Part shown: one piece after another, positions 25,789-38,146 of the stretch
Layout of the letters: each line of letters opens with the position of its first letter
Position numbering within the stretch: the first letter of the stretch is position 1
Assembly (NCBI GenBank): GCA_051362555.1
Contig: CM120645.1
Span: forward strand, 22,382,001 to 22,446,000
Length of the DNA stretch: 64,000 nt
From: Lingula anatina
Taxonomy: Eukaryota > Animalia > Brachiopoda
Direction of reading: 5' to 3'
Notes under the pieces: generated by a model
Databases searched by the model: none
Seen by the model: only the letters and a program-made list of their open reading frames with translations
What the model was told of the DNA's origin: nothing
Translations under genes and position numbers: made by a program

Positions 25789-26484
25789 TGGAATATTCTG
25801 TAGTGTGTTCTGTCCGATAACTCTGCCAAAATGTGCATAGATGCAGAATAAGACACTTTCTTCAATTACTTCAGTTAATGTCACATTAATTAAACAAGTG
25901 CGAGGACAACCATTTAAAGCTGTGGCGTGATCCTAATACATCTTAACTACAGTTTGTTCCTTCAAGCGTATATATGTACCTGTTTATTAGTATCATGTCT
26001 CATAGTAATGTGTAACAGATGTAGTGTTCTGAATGGTAAACGCAGAGAATGACACTTCTTGTGAAGCCAGTAGTAGTATACCAAACAGCTGACTAAAGAG
26101 TGTAAACAACTACTATACAGTACGGTGCGTACACAATAAAACTATCGTAAAAGAGAGTTTTATTGTGAACGCGCACTACAACAAACTTAGGGTTAGAAAT
26201 AACACAGAAGCATATTAATCCACTGATTTTATTTTATTTTATTTTTTCCGATAGATGTTTTGAAGTTAACGAAGTTGTTACTAAGTTGAGGATACAGAAT
26301 CCGTATATAAATATTCATACTTTTATAAGCAAAGAAAAATGCTTTTCCAAGTGTTACACTCCAGTTAGATTTGTGAATTACAAAGCCTGATAACAAAATC
26401 AGATTCCTTCTCATAAAAAGACATGTACAGTACCTAACCATGATAAACAAATGAATACTTGATTTATTATTGGAGCACACCTAC

Positions 26485-26632
26485 CCACTGTTGATAATGG
26501 TTACACATTTGTGATACCCTTCAGAGTTACCTTGTGATACCCTTCAGAGTTAGCCAAGGAGCTGAACTCTTCTTCCAATCTACGCCGCATCTCCTGTTCA
26601 TCTCGTTTTCTCGTCTGGTAGCTGGCTACCAT
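26485..26632 (-). pseudogene. Orphan exon 1 of the methyltransferase family (no exon 2)
   Basis: An exon-1 homologue with a GTAGG donor and an internal duplication of gtgatacccttcagagtta. The downstream sequence is intergenic-type. Confidence 0.78.
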
Positions 26633-28695
26633 CGGAAATACTGTGGACTGACTGATAATTCTTCCAAAATATGCTGGGATTCACACTTCGAAATTCGATT
26701 CCAAACTCCTTTTATTAACGTCTACTCAATTCAACAAGTGAAATTTTAAGGCAACCTCAAACAGCCCGCATTGTAGACGATATCCTGACACAATTTTCAT
26801 TCCATGTATTTCCTGTATTTCTGTGGTGGTGCCTGCGCAAATGCGCAGTAGATGCCTCAGCGCAGTAGGCCCACTTCACACTGACACCATGTCTCAAAAC
26901 ATTTAATTATAAGGTACGGATGAGGTTTATACTCCCCACAAGTACCAATCTATTATAACCATGCTTCACAAAATCTCAGTAGAAATTAGGCATAATGCTT
27001 CACCGCAGTAGTACATTACCACATTTATACTCTGAGTGCAGCAGTTTCGAAGCAGCATGCCTTGCGGAAGCAGCCTTCTTCTTTATATATGCGTCGTAAA
27101 GTGAAGTAAAAATACAGCAACCTTCCACTTTTATAACTAGGCCTATAGGTTAGCCTCTTTTCAATTGGTAATTTTCACAGCATCTCTATCCTGCTTCAAA
27201 TCTGCTGCAAAACATTGCGAATATTACCAGTTTTCGTCTACTTAATTTCTATTTCAAAGACTTAATCATGTGGGGGAACAGGTTACTGTAATAACAGTTT
27301 GCTTTCAAACACCAAGGTTTTTGTCAATGTTGGTGTGACAGGAATGGTAGTCCGCAAGGAACAGTATTTCATTCCCCATTACTTTGTACAGGTGACATGA
27401 ATTAACTCCAACGCTCCAGCTAACCACAACCCAGCTTACACAGAACGCTTTGATAACGTTACCACAGGGTTATGTATTGGATAGCCCATCAGCAAACGTG
27501 ACGTAGGCGTTATATTATCGTTCTACACTGTCATTGCTCCGAGAAACTTTGCCTAATTTCAAACTAAGAGTTGGGGTTAGTTATATGTATTTGAAGTCTA
27601 AAATCATTTTAAAATGATCAGTAGACTTAACAAGGATAAGTTAACGATAAATGAAATGAAACAAAATAAACATCCTACTTAATAGATAAATACAATGGTG
27701 ATATACAGTACAGGCCTATATAGTCCTATTTTTTACATATTTTAAAATGTTCTCTACATGTTCTTTAAGTGATATTGTGTAACGTTTCCAAAAACATTCC
27801 TAAAACATTAAAGAAACTTTCACGGAAAACGTTTGCCAAACGTCATTTCTAATGTTTACATAAACTTTACGTTCCTTCAGCGGTCTTAGAACATTCTTTT
27901 TTTAGCTCAGAGCATTCTTTTGTAAGGACTTCCATTACTAGTAGGCCCTACTACCATTTTGTCAAATCAGATTCACTGAGGCCTTCTTAATTGAATACCA
28001 TTTGGTTCCTAAGACCAGTGTCTTTTGGGTCTGAAATGGCGTCACCTGCAGCTTGGTGGAAGTCAGGTTATACTTGTTGTATGACTAACTTCAATTGTTA
28101 ACTTTAAAGCAAACTTCTGTATAACAAAAATAGAAGCTATGTCACAAAAAGGGGTCATATTTTATTCATATTAGGTAATGATCCAATCTGGTTTGAAAGT
28201 TCTGAAAGTGACTGTTCTAATGCCAAAGTAAAGTAAATAAGTCCGTCATGTGAACTGAATAAGATATTATTGAAAATGGTAACTTTTATCAATATGAACA
28301 CCGAGCTGCCCTAATATCCCAGAACACGTGTGCTTTATTATTTCACATTAAATTACGTCGTTTTACTCCGTGTACAAACAATGTGAAATGTATATAAAAA
28401 AAAAAGTTCCATCATGATGGTGATATCATTCATTTAAAAAATAAAAATGCAGAACAAATTGAAAATAATTTTTGAGCATTTGCCACCTTTTAGTTAGTAT
28501 TTGCATGGAAAAAGCTATACAAAACAGCAGGAATAAGCACCACAGGATAAAACTAAACATGTATCTTATGTGTCTACATGTAGTATCGGCACACCATGTC
28601 ATGTGTCGATGCCTTCCTGATTAATATTATGGATAAGAATAGCCCTATACTTTTAAACGTTCACAGCTTTTAAATTAAATACTATAGGAATAGTC

Positions 28696-29814
28696 CTAAT
28701 CAGCTTTGACTTTCTTAATAGTAATAAAGTGGGTAACACTTGGCATCCGCCACATTCCGTCTTCTTCTTGGGAAAGGCCATACTTCCTGCCCTCTCTCTG
28801 GATGAAGTCCATGCAAAATGACAACACACTAGGGTCAAATTTGGAAGTGTCATCTGCCCAACCGTGGAAATAGGCGGCTAGGATCGAAGCACCAACCTCT
28901 GCCAGCGATGGAATCATGATATCACACCTCACCTCCTCGTGCCATATCGAAGCTTTAAAGGTTGGAAATGATTCGTTCAGAATATCGGCAATTTCCCCTT
29001 GAAAAAGCAAAGAACTTCTAGCCTCCGCTACCTTCATTAGGTTTACGGCTTCATTAGGAAAACAAATCTTAAAACAATGCACAGCGGTGTTCCAAATAAA
29101 AACATTGTCGCCACTATTAATCTGTATTAATATCATTCCCCCGGGCTTGAGAATGGTATACATGACAAAGACAGCTCGTTTGATGTCTTCCTGAGGGTCA
29201 CAGAAATCATCCAACCAACGTGTAAGATGATACATGGAATGTAAAGCAAGCACCCTGTCCTGTTGTTCTTCAGGATACGCCCTAATGGACTTCAGCTCTT
29301 CCACAGACTTCCCGAAGTAATCCTGGAACCGTCCAGAGTAGGACACATCCAGATTAGCATTCTCCAAGTTCTCGATGCATTTCTTGTATTTCTGCAACGA
29401 CTCTTCGTGAGGTTCTTCCACGCTGACGATGACATCTTTGTTGAGAGCTTGGAGTGTTTTACAAATGGCTGATATAGGGGTTCCTGTACCTCCCCCAAAA
29501 TCCATAATTCGGATTGTTGAAGGCAGTTCTGATAGGTTCAGGATGTTCTCACGAATGGTATCAAAGTACGTTAATCCACGTTTTCTACTTTCTTCCTCTC
29601 TGAAAGTTAAGGACGTGAAATACTTAATAAATGAAAAAATAGTAACAAATGACAAATGATTAATTGATTTATTATTGGGGAACACCTACCCGTTGCTGAT
29701 AATAGTTACACATTTGTTATAAGCTTCAGCGTTAACCAAGGAGCTGAACTCTTCTTCCAGTTTACGCCGCATCTCCTGTTCATCTCGTTTTCCTGTCTGA
29801 AGTCTTACTGCCAT
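28696..29814 (-). CDS. HNMT-like methyltransferase copy 10, intact, ~342 aa
   Basis: Exon 1 at 29690-29814 (MAVRLQTGKRDEQEMRRK...), 90-nt intron, exon 2 at 28696-29599. The ORF-track N-terminus MFPNNK... is intron sequence. Confidence 0.88.
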
Positions 29815-30457
29815 TGGGATATGTTGCAGTGTGTTCTGCCCGATAACTCTACAAAAATGTACATAGATGCAGAATCAGGCACTTTCTCAAATTTCTTCAG
29901 TTAATGACGCATTAATAGAACCACCATATTCACTACCGTTAGTTCCTTCAAGCGCATGTATGTACCTGTGTATTAGTATCATGTCTTATAGTGCGTGATC
30001 TGTAATGTAATGAAGTAATGATGTAACAGATGAAGTGTTCTGAATGGTAAACGCCGAGATTGACACACTTTTGGTGATGCCAGTAGCATACCAAACAGTT
30101 GACTAAAGAGTATAAACAACTATGGGTGCGTTCACAATAAAATTATCGTACTAGAGAGTTTTAATGTGAACGCAGCTTTTAACAAACATAGGGGTAGAAA
30201 AAACACAGAAACATATTAATGCACTAATTATAAATTCTCCTTTTTTTTTTTTTTTTTGTGGTAGTTGTAATGTTTTGAAGTTAACAAAGTCGTTTCTAAG
30301 TTGAGGATACAGAATCCGTGACAGACTTTGAGAAGTAGAAAAGCAACGTACCACTTGTTCTTAAACCACGCTACTTTATATTTTCTTCGATTCAAAGTGT
30401 GTATAAAGTAGAACGCTGCTGTCAAACGTTTCTGCTTCACCAAGAAGCATACTTGCA

Positions 30458-31040
30458 GCATAGAATTTATGGAAAGCACCCTATCTTGTAGTTGATGAGG
30501 ATACGCTCCAGCCGACTTCAGATCTTCCACAGACTTCCAGAAGCAATCCTGGAACCGCCCAGAGTAGGCCACATCCAGAGTAGCATTCTCCAAGTTCTCG
30601 ATGCATCTCTTGTATTTCTGCACGGACTCTTCATGAGGTTCTTCCACACTGACGATGGCATCTTTGTTGAGGACTTGGAGTCTTTTACATATGGCTGACA
30701 TGGGAGTTCCTGTACCTCCCCAAAAATCCATAATCCGGACGGGTGAGGGAAGTCCTGATAGGTTAGGATCTTTTCACGGATGGTATCTAAGTCCGTTAAG
30801 CCGCGTTTCTTACCGTCTTCCACTCTGAAAAGGTAAGGAGTTGGAATACTTGATGAATGAAAAAAGATTAACAAATGACGAATGATGAATTGATTTATTA
30901 TTGGAGTACACCTGCCCACTGTCGATAATGGTTACACATTTGTTGAAAGCTTCAGCGTAAGCCAAGGAGCTGAACTCTTCTGCCAATCGACGCCGCATCT
31001 CTTGTTCATCTCGATTTCTCGTCTGGTAGTTGGCTACCAT
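30458..31040 (-). pseudogene. HNMT-like methyltransferase copy 11 (truncated pseudogene)
   Basis: Exon 1 at 30916-31040 with a GC donor, a 1-nt deletion early in exon 2, motif I changed to DFWGG, and truncation at ~30458 by a junction to intergenic sequence. Confidence 0.82.
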
Positions 31041-32753
31041 CGGAAATACTGTGAACTGACTGATAATTCTTCCAAAATATGCTGGGATACACACTTCAAA
31101 ATTCAAGTTCAAACCCCTTTTATATTCTGACACAATTTTCATTCCATGTATTTCCTGTATTTTTGTGGTGGTACCCGCATGAAAGCGCAGTAGATGCTCC
31201 AGCGCAGTAGACCCACTTCACACTGACACCATGCCTCAAAACCTTTAAGGGACAGTTGAGGTATATACTCCCCAGATGTATCATTCTTCTATAACCATGG
31301 TTCACAAAATCTCAGTAGAAATTAGGCATAATGCTTCACCGCAATCACTGAAAACAGTTTGCTTTCAAACACCAAGGTTTTTGTCAATGTTGGTGTGACA
31401 GGAATATGGTAGTCCACAAGGAACAGTATTTCATTCCCCATTACTTTGTACAGGTGACATGAATTAACTCCAACGCTCCAGCTAACCACAACCCAGCTTA
31501 CACAGAACGCTTTGATAACGTTACTGCAGGGTTATGTATTGGATAGCCCATCAGCAAACATGACGACACTGCTATTTTAACGTTCTACACTGTCATTGCT
31601 CCGAGAAACTTTGCCTAATTTCAAACTAAGAGTTGGGGTTAGTTATTTGTAGCATATTTGAGGTCTAAAACCATTTAAAAATGATCAGTAGACTTTTCAA
31701 GGATAAACTAAACGATAAATGAAATAAAACAAAATAAGCATCCTACTTAATAGACAAATACAATGGTGATATACAATACAGGGCCATATAGCCCTATTTT
31801 TACATATTTTTTTTATGTTCTGTACATGTTCTTTAAGTGATATTGTGTGACATTTCCAAAATCGTTCCAAAAACATTAAGTAAACATTCATGGAAAATGT
31901 TTGCTAAATGTCCCTCCTAACGTTTACATACGTTCTTTCAACGTTCATAAAAACATTATTTTGTTAGCTGGGACCCCTGACTTCCATTCCCAGTACCACC
32001 AGTTTCTCACACCAGATTCACCAAGGCCCAGCCTAATTGAATACCATTTGGTTCTTTTAAGAGACCAGTTTCAGTTGGTCTTGGTTTGGCTTCAGCTGTA
32101 GCTTGGTGGAGGTTTGGTTACACTCATTGCATGACCAATTTCAATTGTGAACTAAAAAAATTAGCTCGCACATAACAAGGAGATATATCACAAAAATGAG
32201 TCATAGGATACAGAAACATTTTATTCATATAAGGTAATGATGCCAGTCTGGATTGTATGTCCTAAAGCTGACTTTTTTAATGCCACTTTAAAGTAAATAA
32301 AAAGTCTGTCATATTAACTGAATAACATCAAAGAAAACAATGGTAACTCTTATCAATATGAACGCTGCAGCTGCCCTTATCCTCCAGAAAACGTGTACTT
32401 TATCATTTTACATTATATTACCACATTTTACTCCGTGTACAAACTCTGAACAATGTGAAATATATAAAAAGGTACCATCATGATAGTGTTATCATGCATT
32501 TTAGAAAATAGAACTACAGAACAAATTGAAAATAATTTTGATCATTTGCAACCCTTTCTGTAATGATTTGCATGAAAAAATAATACAAAACATAACAGAA
32601 TTGAACACAACAGGATAAACCCAAACATGTATCTAATACATGTATGTCTAGTAGCCTACACCATGCAATGTGCTGATTGCTTCCTGGTTAAGAATAAGAA
32701 TAACCCTACTCTTTGATACTTACACAATTTTTTCTTTAAAGATAAGAATAGTC

Positions 32754-33872
32754 CTAATCAGCTTTGACTTTCTTAATAGTGATAAAGTGTGTAACATTTG
32801 ACATCCGCCACATTCCGTCTTCTTCTTGGGAAAGGCCGTACTTGCTGCCCTCTCTCTGGACGAAGTCCATGCAAAATGACAGTATACGATGGTCAAATTT
32901 GGAAGTGTCATCTGCCCAACCATGGAAATAGGTGGACAGGACCAAGGCACCAACTTCTGCCAGCGACGGAATCACGAAATCACATCTCGCCTCCTCGTGC
33001 CATATCGAAGCTTTAAAGGTTGGAAATGATTCGTTCAGAATACCGGCAATTTCCCCTTGAAATAGCAAAGAACTTCTAGCCTCCGCTACCTTCGTTAGGT
33101 TTACGGCTTCATTAGGAAAACAAATCTTAAAACAATGCACAGCGGTGTTCCAAATGAAAGCATTGTCGCCATTATTAATCTGTATTAATATCATTCCCCC
33201 GGGTTTGAGGATGGTATACATGACAAAGACAGCTCGTTTGATGTCTTCGTGAGGGTCACAGAAATCATCCAACCAACGTGTAAGATGATACATGGAATGT
33301 AAAGCAAGCACCCTGTCCTGTTGTTCTTCAGGATACGCCCCAATGGACTTCAGCTCTTCCACAGACTTCCCGAAGTAATCCTGGAACCGTCCAGAGTAGG
33401 ACACATCCAGATTAGCATTCTCCAAGTTCTTGATGCATTTCTTGTATTTCTGCAACGACTCTTCGTGAGGTTCTTCCACGCTGACGATGACATCTTTGTT
33501 GAGAGCTTGGAGTGTTTTACAAATGGCTGATATAGGGGTTCCTGTACCTCCCCCAAAATCCATAATTCGGATTGTTGAAGGCAGTTCTGATAGGTTCAGG
33601 ATGTTCTCACGAATGGTATCAAAGTACGTTATTCCACGTTTTCTACTTTCTTCCTCTCTGAAAGTTAAGGACGTGAAATACTTAATAAATGAAAAAATAG
33701 TAACAAATGACAAATGATTAATTGATTTATTATTGGGGAACACCTACCCGTTGCTGATAATAGTTACACATTTGTTATAAGCTTCAGCGTTAACCAAGGA
33801 GCTGAACTCTTCTTCCAGTTTACGCCGCATCTCCTGTTCATCTCGTTTTCCTGTCTGGAATATTACTGCCAT
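32754..33872 (-). CDS. HNMT-like methyltransferase copy 12, intact, ~342 aa
   Basis: Exon 1 at 33748-33872, intron 33658-33747, exon 2 at 32754-33657. Near-identical to copy 10 over its 5' two-thirds. Confidence 0.88.
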
Positions 33873-34547
33873 TGGGATATGTTGCAGTGTGTTCTGCCCG
33901 ATAACTCTACAAAAATGTACATAGATGCAGAATCAGGCACTTTCTCAAATTTTTTCAGTTAATGACGCATTAATAGAACCACCATATTCACTACCGTTAG
34001 TTCCTTCAAGCGCATGTATGTACCTGTGTATTAGTATCATGTCTTATAGTGCGTGATCTGTAATGTAATGAAGTAATGATGTAACAGATGAAGTGTTCTG
34101 AATGGTAAACGCCGAGATTGACACACTTTTGGTGATGCCAGTAGCATACCAAACAGTTGACTAAAGAGTATAAACAACTATGGGTGCGTTCACAATAAAA
34201 TTATCGTACTAGAGAGTTTTAATGTGAACGCAGCTTTTAACAAACATAGGGGTAGAAAAAAAACAGAAACATATTAATGCACTAATTATAAATTCTCCTT
34301 TTTTTTGTGTGTGTGTGGTAGTTGTAATGTTTTGAAGTTAACAAAGTCGTTTCTAAGTTGAGGATACAGAATCCGTGACAGACTTTGAGAAGTAGAAAAG
34401 CAACGTACCACTTGTTCTTAAACCACGCTACTTTATATTTTCTTCGATTCAAAGTGTGTATAAAGTAGAACGCTGCTGTCAAACGTTTCTGCTTCACCAA
34501 GAAGCATACTTGCAGCAGAGTCATACTTTTGTCCAGTAAGTTACTTA

Positions 34548-34762
34548 GACCCCATTCCCACAGATTTTAGATCGATCTATCCCTGTGGGGAGTCTCACTA
34601 GATTACAGTCAACTTAGCCGGCTAAAGCGTCTGTCCCGCCTACTAAAATTTGTAAGGGGGTAATTAACTACCGTGCGCGCCCGGCTGACATCAATTTAGC
34701 GTGAACCCCCAGGGAGTTAGGTCAATTTAGATGGATCGATCTAAATCTATGGGAATGCACTC
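34548..34762. mobile_element. PIF/Harbinger-type MITE family A, TTA target duplication
   Basis: TIRs gaccccattccca.agat / atct.tgggaatgcactc, flanked by tta on both sides. The paralogous empty site near 15153 has a single tta. Confidence 0.85.
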
Positions 34763-35213
34763 TTATATTCCGCATTGTACTGTAATTTACTACTACAGTG
34801 ATGCATAATGAATGTAGATTATACCTCTTCCATACTTCAAATGCAATATCTTGTATTGCAAAATACAGAAGATTCTCTGATATATAGCTTTAGAAACTGC
34901 ATGAGCTCTACAGCTTGATCATAGTTTATGATTTTGCGAGTAGCTTCAAATATGGTATCAATTGGCTATTAATTGTTGACGTTAAATTGATTTTTGCTAT
35001 TTAAAGGTCTAAACTATATTTGGGTAACTTAGAACAAATATTCATACTTTTATAAGCAAAGAAAAAAATGCTTTTCCAAGTGTTTCACTCCTGTTAGATT
35101 TGTGAATTGCAAAACCTGGTAACAAAATCATGTTCCATCTCATAAAAAGACATGTACAGTGCCTAACCATGATAAACAAATGATAAATTGATTTATTATT
35201 GGAGCACACCTAC

Positions 35214-35338
35214 CCACTGTTGATAATGGTTACACATTTGTGATACCCTTCAGAGTTAGTAAAGGAGCTTAACTCTTCTTCCAATCTACGTCGCATCTCC
35301 TGTTCATCTCGATTTCTCGTCTGGTAGCTGCCTGCCAC
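35214..35338 (-). pseudogene. Orphan exon 1 at the right end of the array (ATG->GTG)
   Basis: Reads VAGSYQTRNRDEQEMRRRLEEELSSFTNSEGYHKCVTIINSG. Its flanks match those of 26485-26632. Confidence 0.78.
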
Positions 35339-35560
35339 CGGAAATTCTGTATATTGGCTGATAATTCTATGATATGAGAAACGCAATTCGAAATTCGACT
35401 CCAAACTCCTTTTAGTAACGTCTACTCAATGCAACTTGTGAAATGTTAAGGCAACCTCAGACAGCCCGTGTTGTAGACGATATCCTGGAACAATTTTCAT
35501 TTCATGCATTTCCTGTATTTCTTTGGTGGTGCTTAGAAAAACTTTATAGCGGCCTTTGTT

Positions 35561-35562
<2 letters not shown>

Positions 35563-35609
<47 letters not shown>
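35563..35609. repeat. (TA)n microsatellite at the array boundary
   Basis: Direct reading. Confidence 0.95.
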
Positions 35610-35611
<2 letters not shown>

Positions 35612-36882
35612 CATTAAACATTTTATTTGATTAATGAGCCAAGAACATCCACCCATCCATCAGATGATCAGTCACGGCATCTATTCAATTACAATGTACC
35701 ATGCAGTCATTTGATATAGATAAAGATAGATACAAAAGAATTTCATTTTTTATCTCTCATAATAAGTATTAAATGTTCCAATATTATTAAAAAGACCATT
35801 TGATATTTCTAGTAAACAATGTAGAGGAATGGATAGTCTCTTGTTAGGCAGGTTTTACATGATACACGCTTTAGCAGTGTGAAGTTCGAGTTCATCTGTG
35901 GAGTTTAACATCACTACCTTAGAAGACAAACCAAAGACATCAGACAAAATAAACAGTTTATTCTTTGAAAATTACTTCTGTCATACAACAAAAAAAATCC
36001 TTTATACATATGGTTTACAGGCACTCTGAGTTTACTATTTATATTCTGATTATAGATCCATTTAAAAGAAAACAAGGTTCCAGATTTATCACAGATTTCA
36101 CACAATTTCTTGGGTAATTATGACAATATAAAGCATAAAAAATGACATAATAAGCAATGGTGATGATTTCATAATGCACATAGCTGCTTTGGAAAGAAAG
36201 ACATAGGCAGACATGAGCCTAAAAAAAAATGGACATTTTTCATGGGACCCAACACCTAGCCTTAAGGGATTACAGAAAACATCAGAATTGAATTTAAAAA
36301 ATGCAGAATTCTACTTTTCTGGGGAATAAGCTCATGTCTGCATTGGAGCCATTTTTTCATAGTTTCAGGCATTCTTTTGGGTCAAAATCAAATTTGGGGG
36401 CAAAGTTTAGGAAACAATATAATATAACAACAAAATAAGTGACAAATAAGCTATATAATTTCTTTAGAATGAGGCAACTTAAAAATATATGAAACCTGGA
36501 AGTGACCAAAAAAATTAAATTAATCGAGACACTAAACCCACATACAAAACCCACCAGCTTTTGTGCTCATGTCAGCATCGAACAAAATTTCAATACTGAC
36601 GATGTAAAACTGTAAACCAAAACATGTACAAGGCAAAGCAAGTCAGAGGGGTGCATTTCTATACAGGGTCTATTAAATTTAAATGCAATAATAATAATAA
36701 TTAGATTAGAAACTCACTATTCAAAATAAAGCAACCCCATAATGGGAATTATTTGTGAGCCTAAAATGTGGCCCTCCTCCTGACCGTATCAAACTGAAAT
36801 CCAGTAGCCATTTTTGTCAGTTTCACCCAAAAGAAAGTCCAGGAACTACCCATCTCTTTGGAACACTGCAGATAATTCAAAG

Positions 36883-36998
36883 CAGGGCCGTATCCCGAGC
36901 AAAATGCCAGGGGGGGGGCAGTAAGCGGACACGAGGGGGCGAAGCTACCGAGGGGGGAGGGTGTGGTGTGTAAAATTCCAAATTCCAGGGGGGGGCAG

Positions 36999-37037
<39 letters not shown>

Positions 37038-37051
37038 AGGCTACGGTCCTG
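36883..37051. mobile_element. CAGG-ended MITE with 5-bp TSD (CAAAG) and a poly-C tract
   Basis: TIRs cagggccgta / tacggtcctg, with caaag on both flanks. Confidence 0.75.
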
Positions 37052-37512
37052 CAAAGGTTACTCAAGTACCATTATAGCACCTTGTTCTCATACCTTGTAA
37101 ACAACGTTTTTGCTTCATAACTTCTATTTAGTTTAAATACATCTTTGAATATATACCTTATCCAACTCAAACATTTAAGTAGTTTACAAATTACCTCAAA
37201 AACATAAAATCAATAAAGATAACATTACCACTTGTAAATAAAATTTAAAACACCTCCAACAATACTTGAAAATGGCATAAATCTTGTGTAACGAGTTAAA
37301 ACTATCATACACATATTGTTTTGTCACATTTGAGCACCAAATTTTTGATATCTTTTCAATTTATATTTAATATGAGAAATATACATAAAATTCATCTCAT
37401 GGTGATATTAATATAGCTTGGAAATTCTTTGAAATGTTTACATTATCACACTATTCATGCTGACATTTCATTTATTGTCAAGCACCTTTTTTGATCTGTC
37501 TCATAATTACCG

Positions 37513-37538
37513 TCTCTCTCTCTCACACACACACACAA

Positions 37539-37617
<79 letters not shown>

Positions 37618-37630
37618 CTCTCTCTCTCTC
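37513..37630. repeat. Compound (CT)n/(CA)n microsatellite
   Basis: Direct reading. Confidence 0.95.
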
Positions 37631-38146
37631 TGTTATTTATAGGTAGACAACATTTACTGGTGAATATTAAATGATGACAAATATTGCAGGCACTACTTGC
37701 CCTTTGTCACTCACAACACGGAATCGAACATCTGCAATTTCAAATAACACCCATGTCTCTGGGTGCAATATAAGGTATAAGCCAGTAGAGAATGTGTTTA
37801 CTTATTAAAGCTGTTTAAGGCTGCATGTAATGAGATATAAATTTAGCTGTGCTGCAGAACAAATGCAAATATTTGCCTCATGTTTTACAGTTCCTTTTCC
37901 TTTTTTGTAAATGTCACAGAAAGTTGATATCAATAACGGAAACTAAAGTCCTTTTAAATATATCTGTCTGCTTGGATAACTGAAAGCATGGCAATAATGT
38001 AGAGTCAAAAATCCAGTATTGCTTCTATATCCCAGCCTGGCTGATTAATCTAAAAACACCATAATGTAACAAATAATTATTCTAGACAAATGGTAATATT
38101 AATCAGCCAGGTTTAGAGAGAGAGAGAGAGGTCCCAGATGTCAGGT

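Noticed and set aside
29600-29685. Hydrophobic N-terminus MFPNNKSINHLSFVTIFSFIKYF on the 329-aa ORFs (also 33658-33743), resembling a signal peptide
   Set aside because: It is the 90-nt intron read in frame from a GTG. The true N-terminus is exon 1, and intron retention meets GGG TAG immediately.
2850-33717. Recurrent plus-strand and shifted-frame ORFs overlapping the methyltransferases (e.g. ...GVPVPPPKSIIRT...)
   Set aside because: These are shadows of the duplicated coding sequence. They recur only because the genes are paralogous, and their stops vary between copies.
36755-37065. Gly-rich ORFs
   Set aside because: Translation of the poly-C tract within a MITE.
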